A stretch of DNA of 36,674 nt from Clostridia bacterium (GCA_022794095.1 JAAWEC010000063.1:1-36674), one strand, 5' to 3'. Positions 1 through 10,778 are shown, numbered from the stretch's first letter. The notes: generated by a model not told the origin, from the sequence alone. Made by a program: numbers and translations.

Positions 1-49
1 CACGGAAGGATTTATTTACACAACTTTTTCTATACTCTCTCTTATACAT

Positions 50-90
50 AAAAAAAATAAGCTTAAGAAACATTCTTAAGTCTTAATTTT
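50..90 (-). terminator. Intrinsic terminator after rho
   Basis: CTTAAGAA/TTCTTAAG stem followed by a T-run on the minus strand, right after the rho stop. Confidence 0.6.
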
Positions 91-1451
91 TATTTAAACC
101 TTTTTAAATAACTTTCCATTTTGTTAATAAATTCATCATTATTCTTGGATTGAGTCATATGGCTAATAACTTGTTCTGTAACATCTGCAACAGGCATACT
201 ATTCATAGCTTTTCTTAAAGCAAATACTGTTTCTTTTTCTTTTGGTGTTAATAGTAAATCTTCTCTTCTTGTTCCAGATTTATTAATATCAATTGCAGGA
301 AAGATTCTTCTTTCAGATAATTTTCTATCTAAATGAACTTCCATATTACCTGTTCCCTTAAACTCTTCGAAAATAACATCATCCATTCTGCTTCCTGTAT
401 CTATTAATGCTGTGGCTAAAATAGTTAGACTTCCACCAAATTCTATATTTCTAGCTGCTCCAAAGAATTTTTTAGGTTTATGTAATGCTGCTGGGTCAAT
501 ACCACCAGATAATGTTCTTCCAGAAGAAGGAATTACTAAATTGTAAGCTCTTGTAAGTCTTGTTATACTATCTAATAAAATTACTACGTCTTTTTTTTGT
601 TCTACTAATCTTTTAGCACGCTCTAAAACCATTTCAGCAACTTTTACATGATGTTCTGGTAGTTCATCAAATGTTGAATGTATAACTTGCCCTTTAATAG
701 AACGTTTCATATCTGTTACTTCTTCTGGTCTTTCATCTATTAGTAATACAATCAATTCTGCTTCAGGGTTGTTTGTAGTAATGCTATTGGCAACTTTTTT
801 TAGTAAAGTTGTTTTTCCAACCTTTGGCTGTGCTACAATCATTCCCCTTTGCCCTTTTCCAATTGGACTCATTAAGTCAATAATTCTTGTTGCGTAGTCA
901 TTTGATACTGTTTCTAATTTTAATCTCTCATTTGGGTAAATTGGAGTTAATTCATCAAATCTTTTTCTTTTCATTGCTTTTTCAGGATGTTCTCCATTTA
1001 CTTCTCCAACAAAAATTAAAGATGGGAATTTTTCTCCTTCTCTATATCTTGAAATACCTTTTACAATATCTCCTGTATCTAAGCGAAATCTTCTAATTTG
1101 AACTACAGAAATATAAACATCTTTTTCACTTGATAAAAAGTTATCTCCTCTTAAGAAACCATATCCATCTGGTAATATATCTAAAATACCCTCAACTATT
1201 GCATCACCTTCACTGGTTAATTTATAGTCTACAATTGGTTCTCCATTAGAATCATATTGCCTTTTGTTTACTTCTTCTACTTCTTCTACAATTTTTTCTG
1301 AATTATATATTTCTGCATCATTTGTTTGATTAGTAATTTGTTTTAATACTGTGATTAATTCGTCTTTTTTTAATTTTGAAATATTTCTAATATTGTATTC
1401 TTTTGCTAAATCTTTTAATTCTATTAATGTCATGGCTTCTATATTTAACAT
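90..1451 (-). CDS. rho: Transcription termination factor Rho
   Basis: GYGFLR RNA-binding motif, PIGKGQR, Walker A-like [29 protein letters not shown]; AGGAGG RBS. Confidence 0.98.
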   Translation of the reverse strand: MLNIEAMTLIELKDLAKEYNIRNISKLKKDELITVLKQITNQTNDAEIYNSEKIVEEVEEVNKRQYDSNGEPIVDYKLTSEGDAIVEGILDILPDGYGFLRGDNFLSSEKDVYISVVQIRRFRLDTGDIVKGISRYREGEKFPSLIFVGEVNGEHPEKAMKRKRFDELTPIYPNERLKLETVSNDYATRIIDLMSPIGKGQRGMIVAQPKVGKTTLLKKVANSITTNNPEAELIVLLIDERPEEVTDMKRSIKGQVIHSTFDELPEHHVKVAEMVLERAKRLVEQKKDVVILLDSITRLTRAYNLVIPSSGRTLSGGIDPAALHKPKKFFGAARNIEFGGSLTILATALIDTGSRMDDVIFEEFKGTGNMEVHLDRKLSERRIFPAIDINKSGTRREDLLLTPKEKETVFALRKAMNSMPVADVTEQVISHMTQSKNNDEFINKMESYLKRFK

Positions 1452-1597
1452 ATATGTCCTCCTTATATTTTAATCATGCCTTTTTATTCTATTCTAAATA
1501 ATTGAAAATAAGATTTTAAAATAACTTCACACCTATTATAGCACATGTTTTGAGAAAATGAAATGTTTTTTCCAAAAAAAGGAACATAATTTTAAAA

Positions 1598-1888
1598 TTA
1601 CATTCCTGCATCTACATATACTCTTTCATTAGGATAATACATATCTAACATTTCTCTTGCTTTTTTTTCAATGAAATCAAGTGATGTAACATCTTCTTTT
1701 TTCTTTGCTAACTCTTCTTTGTATTCTTTTTGTTCTTTTATTTGAGAAGCTAATTCTTTGCTTTCTTGACTATATTGATTTAAAGTTTGTTGTTGATTAA
1801 ATAATGTATAAATTACATATATGGCAATTGCCAGTACAAGTAATTTTATATATATTTTCTTATTTCTTTTCATCTGTAATCTCTCCAT
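1598..1888 (-). CDS. divIC: Septum formation initiator (DivIC/FtsB family)
   Basis: Single TM, coiled coil, IEKKAREMLDM..PNERVY motif; follows yabP-yabQ. Confidence 0.85.
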   Translation of the reverse strand: MERLQMKRNKKIYIKLLVLAIAIYVIYTLFNQQQTLNQYSQESKELASQIKEQKEYKEELAKKKEDVTSLDFIEKKAREMLDMYYPNERVYVDAGM

Positions 1889-1953
1889 TTTTTTAAGTTA
1901 TTCTTATATCATTTATATATTCTACAAATTTAATAAAAATCCTTCTTTTATTT

Positions 1954-2397
1954 TCAATTTTTTACAATATTTTTCGATTTTTTAGGGATTTTGACAAAAT
2001 TAGTAAATCCTTTCCTTATATTTATAATTAAAAATGTAATTGGCTTGAAAAGAATTTTATGTAATAATCGGTAAATTGCTTTAAATGGAATAAGTATTGT
2101 GTTAATTATTTTTACATTGATTTTTATAATATAAGAGCTTAAAGTTAGTATATATATGAAAGCACCTAATATAATACCTAAAAACATAAATAAACGCAAT
2201 TCTCCATTGTTAAAAACAAATATAGTATATAAGGTTATAATACCTGTTAAAATCCAAAATGAAATGTCTTCTATATAAGTCATAAAATCATTGGTGGGAA
2301 TAACTTTTCTTGCAATTCTAAAAAAATCAAATAATAGTCCAATAATTATTCCATTTACTATAAAAATTAAAAATAAATAAGCTTGGTTTGTAACCAT
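1954..2397 (-). CDS. yabQ: Spore cortex biosynthesis protein YabQ
   Basis: GLLFDFFRI, EDISFW and NNGELRLF motifs; synteny. Confidence 0.9.
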   Translation of the reverse strand: MVTNQAYLFLIFIVNGIIIGLLFDFFRIARKVIPTNDFMTYIEDISFWILTGIITLYTIFVFNNGELRLFMFLGIILGAFIYILTLSSYIIKINVKIINTILIPFKAIYRLLHKILFKPITFLIINIRKGFTNFVKIPKKSKNIVKN

Positions 2398-2426
2398 TAA
2401 TTGACTCCTCTTCCCTTTAATTTTAA

Positions 2427-2462
2427 TTTACATAAAAATGTCCCAAAAGAAACGTCCCCAAC
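2427..2462 (+). repeat. 36-bp dispersed repeat, copy 1
   Basis: TTTACATAAAAATGTCCCAAAAGAAACGTCCCCAAC; identical at 16455-16490 and inverted at 14149-14184. Confidence 0.95.
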
Positions 2463-2468
2463 ACGACA

Positions 2469-2765
2469 TTATTTAAAAATTTTGCTCATAAAGTTTCCTT
2501 TTGTTTTATCTGTTTCTTTATCACTATAAGCTAAATAAGAAATATCTCCTTCTACTATAACTTCTGAAGTATCAATGCTTAGTTTATTAATACGGAGGTT
2601 TTCACCTTTTACAGTTAATAATCCTAATTCTGTTTCAACCATAACTACTTGGTCATCAAAACTAAGTACATCTAAAACACCTGATATGCTTAATTTTCCT
2701 CTGTTTTCTAAGATTAGATTTTGTATTACACTTGTGCTTATTGCTTTTCTTTCATCTATTGTCAT
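2469..2765 (-). CDS. yabP: Sporulation protein YabP
   Basis: LENRGKLSISGVLDVLSFDD..VETELGLLTVKGENL; ATG at 2765 fits the GAGGAG RBS spacing. Confidence 0.93.
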   Translation of the reverse strand: MTIDERKAISTSVIQNLILENRGKLSISGVLDVLSFDDQVVMVETELGLLTVKGENLRINKLSIDTSEVIVEGDISYLAYSDKETDKTKGNFMSKIFK

Positions 2766-2900
2766 ATGTTTCATCTCCTCTACTCTTTTATCTTGCTAAA
2801 TTATATATATTCACCTTTTGCACTATTTAGAACCTTTATATTACAGGAATTCAAGAATTTTAAGAAAATATTATAATTTGCTAAAATAAATTTAGCAGAC

Positions 2901-2966
2901 GAACAAATAAGAGGCATGAAAAGTAATCTAATGGGTCACAATTTAATCATGCCTCTTTTGTTGTTC
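2901..2966 (-). terminator. Long-loop hairpin downstream of aspartokinase
   Basis: AAGAGGCATGA ... TCATGCCTCTT inverted repeat. Confidence 0.5.
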
Positions 2967-3926
2967 CTATACTAACTTTTCATGTATCTTTTCTAAAATG
3001 TCATCTGCTATCTTATCTTTAAATGTTATTGAAACTTTTGATTCTGTAACATGAAATTCTAACATATCTAGTTTATTTTCTTCGATTATGTCTAAAATTA
3101 ATTTGAGATTGTTGAAATTTCTTGTCATTCCATTTCCTATTATAGAAAGTCTTGAAACTTCTTTTTTTACAATACTTTTTATTGTATTTTCTTCTATTAT
3201 ATCTGAAATAACAGTTCCTGGTTTATTATTAAACGTTGATTTTGTAATAATTGGTACTTTGAATTTTTCTCCAATTTCTACGCATCTATTGTGTAATACT
3301 TTTGCTCCTTCAGATGATATTTCTAGCATTTCTTCATAAGAAAGTGCTGAAAGCTTTTTTGCTTGTGGCAATCTATTAGGGTCTGTTGTATATACCCCAT
3401 CTACATCTGAGAAAATATAACAATTTTTAGCTCCTAAACTTGCTGAAATAGCAACTGCTGTTGTGTCTGAACCTCCTCTTCCAAGTGTTGTGATGTCCAT
3501 GTTTTCATTTATACCTTGAAATCCTGCAATTATTACAATTTTACCATCCTCTAATTCTTCCCTTATTCTACCTGTGTTAATACATTTGATTATTGCATTT
3601 TGGTTTGTATTATTTGTATATATTCCAGCTTGCCATCCTGTTAAAGAAATTGATGGATAACCCATTTTGTTTAATAATAAGCTTAATTTTGAACTAGATA
3701 TTTGTTCTCCACTACTTAGAAGTACATCTAGCTCTCTATTATTAGGTTTTTCAGAAAGCTCTTTGGCATCTTCAATTAATTTGTCAGTTGTTTTTCCTTG
3801 GGCAGATACGACAACTACGATATTGTGTTTTTTTTCATATAAACCGGTTATTTTTTGAGCTACTAGTTTTAATTTTTCATTATCGGCAACAGAACTACCT
3901 CCAAATTTTAAAACAATTGTGTCCAC
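2967..3926 (-). CDS. Aspartate kinase (short form, apparently one ACT-like domain)
   Basis: VLKFGGSSV, TTLGRGGSDTTA, DVDGVYTTDP, GAKVLH. Confidence 0.93.
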   Translation of the reverse strand: MDTIVLKFGGSSVADNEKLKLVAQKITGLYEKKHNIVVVVSAQGKTTDKLIEDAKELSEKPNNRELDVLLSSGEQISSSKLSLLLNKMGYPSISLTGWQAGIYTNNTNQNAIIKCINTGRIREELEDGKIVIIAGFQGINENMDITTLGRGGSDTTAVAISASLGAKNCYIFSDVDGVYTTDPNRLPQAKKLSALSYEEMLEISSEGAKVLHNRCVEIGEKFKVPIITKSTFNNKPGTVISDIIEENTIKSIVKKEVSRLSIIGNGMTRNFNNLKLILDIIEENKLDMLEFHVTESKVSITFKDKIADDILEKIHEKLV

Positions 3927-3952
3927 CTTAAATCATCACCTTTTGTAAAAAT

Positions 3953-3992
3953 AATGTAGAGAGGATTTAATTTAAAATCTCCTCTCTACATT
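3953..3992 (-). terminator. Hairpin after prfB
   Basis: AATGTAGAGAGGA ... TCCTCTCTACATT, 13-bp stem. Confidence 0.7.
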
Positions 3993-4008
3993 GTATGCAA
4001 GTTTATAT

Positions 4009-5110
4009 TTATTGTTTCATTTTTAAATAGCTTTCCATGAAACAGTCAATTTCTCCATCCATTACTGCTTGTACATTTCCTACTTCATAATTGGTTCTAT
4101 GGTCTTTTACCATTGTATATGGGCAAAATACATAAGAACGAATTTGGCTTCCCCATGCAATGTCCATTTGTATTCCTTTTAAGTCTTCTATTTTTTCTTT
4201 TTGTTCTTTTTCTTTTAAATCTAATAATTTGGATTTTAGCATTTTCATTGCTGTTTCTCTGTTTTGAATTTGAGAACGTTCAGATTGACAGGCAACTACT
4301 ATGTTTGTTGGCAAGTGGGTAATTCTTACAGCTGATGATGTTTTATTTATGTGTTGTCCACCTGCACCTGAAGCACGGTATGTGTCTATTCTTAAGTCAT
4401 CTGAATTTATTTCTAATTCAATATCATCTGTAATTTCTGGCAATACTTCTACTGATGCAAAAGATGTGTGCCTTCTTCCCCCACTGTCAAATGGAGAAAT
4501 TCTAACCAAACGATGTACACCTTTTTCTGATTTCATGTAACCATATGCATTTTCTCCTACAATTTCAAAGGTTACACTTTTTAAGCCTGCCTCTTCCCCC
4601 TCTAAATAGTCTAATTCTTTTACTTCATAACCGTTTTTGTTTGCCCACCTTGTGTACATTCGGTACAACATTTCTGCCCAGTCTTGAGATTCTGTTCCTC
4701 CTGCTCCTGGATGTATTGTAACAATACTGTTATTACTATCATATTTTTCAGATAAAAAGGTTGTTATTTCAAATTTTTCAATGTCTTTTTGTACCTTATT
4801 TGTGTTTTTTAATATATCTTTCCCTATTTCTTCATCTGGTTCTAATTCTAATAGTTCTGTTAATTCTTGTAAATTCTTTATTTCATTTTCTATTCTTCTA
4901 TATTCTACTACTTTAGCTTTTATTAGTTTAATTTGACTTAATACTTTGCTGGAATTTTTAGTGTCATTCCAAAAGTTTTCTTCTACTGTTTTGTTTTCCA
5001 ATTCTTGTAGTTCGGTTTCAAGTTTAGATATGTCAAAGAGAGTCACCCAAACTTTTTAAGTTTTCTTTTAATGTTTGAAGTAGTCTTGTGTTTTCTTCTA
5101 ATTCTAACAT
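4009..5110 (-). CDS. prfB: Peptide chain release factor 2, with programmed +1 frameshift (366 aa)
   Basis: SPF and GGQ motifs; upstream ORF MLELEENTRL...GDSL ends at CTT TGA C (5038-5032) and joins the main frame by +1. Confidence 0.96.
5032..5047 (-). promoter_or_regulatory. prfB autoregulatory +1 frameshift site
   Basis: GGTGACTCT CTT TGA C: SD-like GGTGA plus the canonical CTTTGAC. Confidence 0.92.
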
Positions 5111-5227
5111 TTTAATCATTCCTTTCACTTGTTTTTTTTATCATATATTATTTTTGGCTAAAATGCAAGTTGAATTTTTCTATACAAGAACAAAAAAAAG
5201 AGCATGATTAAGAATTTGATATAATAT

Positions 5228-5266
5228 AAAAAAGACCCCAGAACTAAAAGAACTCTGCTCTGGGGT
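5228..5266 (-). terminator. Terminator of the 76-aa ORF
   Basis: ACCCCAGA ... TCTGGGGT stem, T-run on minus strand. Confidence 0.5.
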
Positions 5267-5278
5267 GGGAGGTACAGA

Positions 5279-5509
5279 TTATTCCAGAACTCTTTCGAGT
5301 TCTGACTTCATCTGTTGGAAGTCTGCCTCGTTTGCACAATTGATTGTGCAAACAAGGCCTTTTTTCTGTAACTTACAACTGATATCCAAATCTTTGGGAC
5401 GCCTGATATCTTCGTCCAGAAGCTTCGCAATATCAGTGAAAGTCCAGTTGGCTCTTAATGAGAAAGATAAATATTTCTCATTGTAAGCCCAAGCCCATTG
5501 CTGTGTCAT
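5279..5509 (-). CDS. Small hypothetical protein with elevated GC
   Basis: 76-aa ORF with GGGGAG RBS and downstream hairpin; no recognised family. Confidence 0.6.
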   Translation of the reverse strand: MTQQWAWAYNEKYLSFSLRANWTFTDIAKLLDEDIRRPKDLDISCKLQKKGLVCTINCANEADFQQMKSELERVLE

Positions 5510-5559
5510 GCCTTACTCCCCTTTCTATGTTATGTAATTACAGTATAACACAAAAATTT

Positions 5560-6360
5560 CTAATTTTCAAATATTAAATCGTAAAAATTTCTAAAACTAT
5601 ATCCTTGCAATTTCAAATATTCAATTGATTCCTTTAATACCTTAGAGCTATCATTTACATCTTTAGTATCATGCATTAAAACTACTAAAGTATTCTTGTT
5701 TTTAGCAGAATTTTTCAAATTATTTAATAATTGTGAATTACTATATCTTTTTACAGAATCATTATTTAGACAATTCCAATCAATATATGTATAATTCATA
5801 TCTGAAAGCAAGTCTCTGGCTTTTTTCTTTTTAGCTTTATTTTGTGGCGACATATAACCATTTGGAAACCTAAATACATGTGAGCAGTAATTCTCTATTC
5901 CAATTGCCTTTCCTATTGCTTCATCTGTTTTTTTAATTTCATTTATAAAACTTTCTTCTGTTTTATATAACATAGAGTTATTATGATTATATCCATGGTT
6001 TGCAATATAATGTCCCTCCTCATAAGCTTGCTTAACAATTTCAGGATGTTTTTCTACATATTTACCAATAACAAAAAAAGTTGCTTTTACATCTTCTTCT
6101 TTCAAAATTTCTAAAACTTTAGGTGTAGTTGAAATGGTTGGTCCATCATCAAAAGTAAGATATGCAACTTTTTCCTCTTCTTTAGTTAAATTTTTCATTT
6201 TATTTTTAAATTCTTCTGATATTATACTATTAGTACTCAGTTCTATTGCTAGTGTTTCTTTGTTTTTAAAGTCAAAATAGAAAAAAGTAGTTATAATTAT
6301 CAGCAAAATTATAAAACAACCAATTCCTATCTTCTTCTTAGGAATTATAAAAATTTTCAC
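5560..6360 (-). CDS. Polysaccharide deacetylase (NodB/CE4), membrane anchored
   Basis: LTFDDGP, NHGYNH, FRFPNG, LMHD; N-terminal TM. Confidence 0.93.
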   Translation of the reverse strand: MKIFIIPKKKIGIGCFIILLIIITTFFYFDFKNKETLAIELSTNSIISEEFKNKMKNLTKEEEKVAYLTFDDGPTISTTPKVLEILKEEDVKATFFVIGKYVEKHPEIVKQAYEEGHYIANHGYNHNNSMLYKTEESFINEIKKTDEAIGKAIGIENYCSHVFRFPNGYMSPQNKAKKKKARDLLSDMNYTYIDWNCLNNDSVKRYSNSQLLNNLKNSAKNKNTLVVLMHDTKDVNDSSKVLKESIEYLKLQGYSFRNFYDLIFEN

Positions 6361-6462
6361 TTTAAATCACCTAATACATTATATAAAAAAAATTGTAAAG
6401 TATTCTAATGAAAATAAGATTTAAGGCTATAAAATAACCCTAAATCTTATATTGTGTAACCT

Positions 6463-7578
6463 TTATTTTGCTATCAATTCTCTTGTATAGTTATTATAAT
6501 TTAGATACAACTTTTTGCTTAAATCTTCTTTTTTTGCATCTAAAGTAATTTTAAAGCCTCTATCTGTTCCAGTTGTTCCAGCTCCCAGCTCTTGATACAC
6601 TTTACCTTCCCCATCTGTTATGTTTAACTTATTTCTACATGCTTCTAAAAATTCATTTCCATTCATATCTTTTCCAGCTGAAATTAATTCTAAATATTCT
6701 TCTGATTTGAATTTTAATACCATTCCAGTTTCTGTTAAGGTAAGTTTTTGTATTTCTATTCCTGGTATTTCACTTTCAAGTTTTAGTTCTACTGTTTTTC
6801 TATCATTTAATTTCTCTGGTACATCAATTTCAAAAATCCATTCTGCATCTGATATTGTAAAGTTTTCAGTAGTTCTTGTTTTGCTATCTAGCATTACATA
6901 ACCTAAATCAAAAATTCTGATGTAAATTTTTTTGCTTATTGGGAAGTTATCTGTTGCTCTTAAATTAACATTTGTTACAATAGTTTTATCTTCTGCATTT
7001 GTTTCTAAATTACTAATACCTGAACTGTCTGATAATATTTTTGCATAAATATCTTTTTTGTTATAGTCAATACCTAGTTCTTTATAAATAAAGTGCACTG
7101 TATTGTCAAATTTTTGGCTATTATCTAAATGCATCCTAGAAAATATTTGATAAATGTTTTTGTTTTCATCATAAATTGCATACCCATAACCAAATGTCTC
7201 TGAATTTACAACTTTATCTTCATCAAATTTGAAACTAATATTTGCGTCAAATGAATCATCTGTTAGTATAATAGAATCTACCTTAGCACTAATTCCGTCT
7301 TGTTTAACATATTCCATATTTATAAGTTCTTCTATGTTTGCTTTTGCTTCCATTACTTCCCTATTTTGATATTCTTTAAATTGAATGTCCCATTGGATTT
7401 TTGCATAAATTTGTGTAGATGCAACTCCTAGAATTATAACTGCTAGAAATACTGCTGCAATATTTAAGATTTTCTTTTTCATTTTAACCACTCCTTTCTT
7501 TTTTGATATAATTTTTTTATAATTAGTTTCCATATTGTTTATTTGTTCCATATATTCACTAAAGGCTTTGTTAATCAT
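6463..7578 (-). CDS. Probable membrane-bound anti-sigma factor (DUF4179-like)
   Basis: Short cytoplasmic N-terminus, one TM, large beta-rich ectodomain; start overlaps the ECF sigma stop. Confidence 0.65.
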   Translation of the reverse strand: MINKAFSEYMEQINNMETNYKKIISKKKGVVKMKKKILNIAAVFLAVIILGVASTQIYAKIQWDIQFKEYQNREVMEAKANIEELINMEYVKQDGISAKVDSIILTDDSFDANISFKFDEDKVVNSETFGYGYAIYDENKNIYQIFSRMHLDNSQKFDNTVHFIYKELGIDYNKKDIYAKILSDSSGISNLETNAEDKTIVTNVNLRATDNFPISKKIYIRIFDLGYVMLDSKTRTTENFTISDAEWIFEIDVPEKLNDRKTVELKLESEIPGIEIQKLTLTETGMVLKFKSEEYLELISAGKDMNGNEFLEACRNKLNITDGEGKVYQELGAGTTGTDRGFKITLDAKKEDLSKKLYLNYNNYTRELIAK

Positions 7579-8117
7579 ACTTCTCACATCCTTTCTGTAT
7601 ATATTTTTTTAATTCTTTTAAGGTTCTATAAATCTTATTTTTAACATTTGATTCTGTCATTTCTAGTTCTTTTGATATGTCTGATATTTTTAAACCTAAC
7701 GCAAAATATAAATAAAAAATCTTTGTTACTTCGATGTTTTTATTTTTTAAGTATTCCCATACTTGTGATACATTTTCTTTAGTAATAATATCTTGCTCTA
7801 AATCGAAATCATCTTTTATTTCTAGTTCTATATCATTTTCGTATTTTGAATAATAGTAAACTATATTTTCTTTTTTCTTTTTATAGTAGTGCCTTTTTAT
7901 TATATTGTTTGCAATTCCTAAAATATAGCTATTAAGATTATCTATTTCTAGTGGTTGTTTCTTTTTTATTATTTTCAGTAATTCTATATATGTATCTTGT
8001 ATTATATCGTTAATATCATCTATATTATTACATTTTACTATTATAAATTTTAATGTTTGTTTATATGTGTTTTTATATATTTCTTCAAAATCTTTTGTTG
8101 TTAATCCGAGTACCCAA
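7571..8117 (-). CDS. ECF sigma-70 factor; likely TTG start at 8117 with +1 shift at CGG (codon 4)
   Basis: Region 2 (DIIQDTYIEL, SYILGIANN) and region 4 (ISDISKELEMTESNVKNKIYR). AAGGGGG RBS lies 7 nt before TTG GGT ACT CGG A; the start assignment is inferred. Confidence 0.8.
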
Positions 8118-8140
8118 ATTTCTTCCCCCTTTATTATATA

Positions 8141-8167
8141 ATCGTTAAATGTTGCCAAAAAGTTTCA
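8141..8167 (-). promoter_or_regulatory. Putative autoregulated ECF promoter
   Basis: TGAAAC-N17-CGAT, resembling B. subtilis SigW/SigM-type promoters. Confidence 0.55.
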
Positions 8168-8269
8168 AAATTTTACAAAAGATACAAATTAAAAATCTTC
8201 TTTATCTTCTTTTGATATGTAGTTATTTTAAGGTAGTAAGAAAAAAAGAGAATAATGCAAATTTTGACA

Positions 8270-9101
8270 TTATTTCTCTTTTTTGAATATACTATTTTCT
8301 CTAAAGTGAAATTTGTAATAATAAGGCTTTATATCTCCTACATAACAATCAAAATAAACAATATTTCCGTTCTTTGTCCATAGTTTTTAAGTTTGGAAAT
8401 GTCTTTATCATCTTTTTGTCTCCCCAAAATTTATTTATAAATTTACTTAACTTTTCATCATTATAAATTTTATTATAAAGTTTGTCTATTTCTTCTTTAT
8501 AAGCTACTTGTATATCATTTTCGTGGATTTTTCTAACTATAAAAAACTCTAATGCATAACCTGTTAATAAACAATCTAATAATAAAAGTATTGTAACTGT
8601 TGCTGTTAATGTTTTTAATTTTTTAGATGATATTTTTGATTTTATCCAATTAATTAATCTATCTATTTTAGGATTTACATATGATATTAGGTAAATTGCT
8701 AAAAGTCCCCAGAATATTGAAAAAAATACACATATTCTGCCATTAATATTTAGTGGCATATCAGAATAATCCCACCATTTTACATGTAAAAATATATCTC
8801 CATACCAACTTATGATATATTCTACAATTGAGCCTACTATAAATCCACCTATGAATAATCTATTATTGTTTTGGTTAAAATGCTGAAGTGATAAAATCAT
8901 TATAACTGCTCCTACACCATAAATTCCACAAAATGGTCCATATAAAAAGCTTTGTCTACTTTCCCAAGTTCCTTTTGTTATAATTCCAAATATGGTTTCT
9001 ATGAGATACCCAATTACACTATACAAAATAAAGTATGCAAGTATTCTCCATATACTATACCCAAATATTTGGGGATTCCTATCTTTTACTTCTTTTTGCA
9101 T
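8270..9101 (-). CDS. CmpB/TMEM229-like membrane protein (putative ABC transporter permease); C-terminus extended by +1 at CGG 8369
   Basis: FLYGPFCGIYGVGA and WWDYSDMPLNINGRIC motifs; +1 frame adds GNIVYFDCYVGDIKPYYYKF...KEK*. Confidence 0.8.
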
Positions 9102-9144
9102 TTTTATCTTTCCTTTCCCACTTCGCTCTGAAGCTACATACAAA

Positions 9145-9708
9145 CTATATTGCTCTATCTTTTAGTTTCTTATTTAATTTTTTATATATTGGTTTCATTT
9201 TTTCCTCTTTTGTAATTTCTATTGCTTTATCAATATCAATCCATTTTACACCACTATTTTCATCTTCTTTTATTTTTAATGGTTCGTTTTCGTATGCTTC
9301 TAATAAAAAACAACAATCTAAATGTAAATGAGATGGTACAAATTTTCCTTTTTTTATGTGACTATCTACTGTAAGTATTTGAAGTCCATATATTTCTTCA
9401 CTTAATAGTTTTAAATTTTCTAGTCCCGTTTCTTCTTGTGCTTCTTTTAATGCAACTTTTAATAAATTGCTTTGTCCATCTGCATGTCCACCTGTCCATG
9501 CCCAAGATTTATAAATGTTATGATAAATCATTAATACTTTTGTTCTTTCTTTGTTTACAATCCAATTTGATGCTGTAAAGTGGCACATTTTGTTTTTTCT
9601 TGTTAAGACGTCCTCAAAGGTATCTATATATTTTAACATTAACTGTTTGTCATTTTCTTCTTGTTCGTTATATGGTTTGTAACTTTCAATTTGTTGTTTC
9701 AAGTTCAT
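9145..9708 (-). CDS. NUDIX hydrolase
   Basis: Nudix box GGHADG...ALKEAQEETGL. Confidence 0.92.
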   Translation of the reverse strand: MNLKQQIESYKPYNEQEENDKQLMLKYIDTFEDVLTRKNKMCHFTASNWIVNKERTKVLMIYHNIYKSWAWTGGHADGQSNLLKVALKEAQEETGLENLKLLSEEIYGLQILTVDSHIKKGKFVPSHLHLDCCFLLEAYENEPLKIKEDENSGVKWIDIDKAIEITKEEKMKPIYKKLNKKLKDRAI

Positions 9709-10294
9709 TGTTTTGTATCTCCTTAATATATCTATATATTTCTCCCCAATTGCTAACTTCTTTTAAATATTGATTTTGTTCTAATTTCTTCATTTCCTTA
9801 TCTCTGAAATAAATTGTTTTTATTTTATTTTCTGACATTTTTCTACATATCTCATAATTGTCATCAATCATAAAATCTATATTTTCTTTTTTGGCTATTT
9901 CTAGTTTGTCTTCTTGTTTCCAATAATATTTACTAAATTCTAAATCATTTTCTTTAAATTGCTCTAATGCAACATCTTTTATTTCTTCTATCATTCCACC
10001 TCTTGCAGATATTATAATAAATTCATGTTTTTCATCTTGTAACATCTTTATTACATCTTTTGCAGCTGGTAATAGTGTTGCTTTTTTTGAAAGCTTTAGA
10101 AAATAATTGTTAACGAAGTTTATTCTTTCTTCTTCTGTCCAATTATATCTGTTTCTTAAAAGATGTTCATTTCTATTAATAATTCCCTCTTTTTTTAGTT
10201 CTATGAAGTCATATAAATCTCCATAAGCTCTTAATACTCTCTCATAATCAATTATTACTCCATCTACATCTATTCCTATTTTCAAATTAATCAA
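9686..10294 (-). CDS. HAD-superfamily 5'(3')-nucleotidase-like protein
   Basis: IGIDVDGV motif I, ISAR, K, MIDDN. Confidence 0.85.
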   Translation of the reverse strand: MINLKIGIDVDGVIIDYERVLRAYGDLYDFIELKKEGIINRNEHLLRNRYNWTEEERINFVNNYFLKLSKKATLLPAAKDVIKMLQDEKHEFIIISARGGMIEEIKDVALEQFKENDLEFSKYYWKQEDKLEIAKKENIDFMIDDNYEICRKMSENKIKTIYFRDKEMKKLEQNQYLKEVSNWGEIYRYIKEIQNNELETTN

Positions 10295-10676
10295 TCTCCT
10301 TTTTTAAAAATTTATTAATGCTTTCTTTTATTTTATACAATTCATGTCCATCAGCATTACAGGTATTCCACCCCATTTTTTTTGCAACATTTATATTTTC
10401 TTTACAATCATCTATAAATAAAATATTATTATTTTCAAATTTACATTCTTTTTCAACCATTTCGTAGATTCTTTTATTTGGTTTACGACAGTTCATTTCA
10501 AATGAAAGCCATACATAATCAAATTGTTTTAAATCAACTTGTTTATCTAATCTTTGCTTATCTAACGAAGATAAATTAGATAAAATACCTATTTTACATA
10601 TTTGTTTTAAAGTGTGTGCATATTGAACTACATCATTTATATCATAATTTGATATTTTTTCATAGCATTTTATATA
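10287..10676 (-). pseudogene. N-terminally truncated HAD phosphatase
   Basis: Open frame ...IGILSN...FDYVWLSFEMNCRKPNKRIY...FIDD...AKKMGW, but no DxD motif I or in-frame start; bounded upstream by a stop. Confidence 0.65.
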
Positions 10677-10778
10677 AAATATTATTTATACCTTTTATTA
10701 AACATGTCTTAAAATGTCAATACAATTATTATCTAATTTATGTAATAATGGTTATAATTTTAAATATAAGGTGATTTT

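Noticed and set aside
1-49. Partial minus-strand ORF at the window start
   Set aside because: No RBS, lies right after the rho terminator; probably intergenic
4460-4660. AGG or CGA also triggering shifts
   Set aside because: In-frame AGG and CGA codons in prfB and other genes are read through with conserved sequence on both sides
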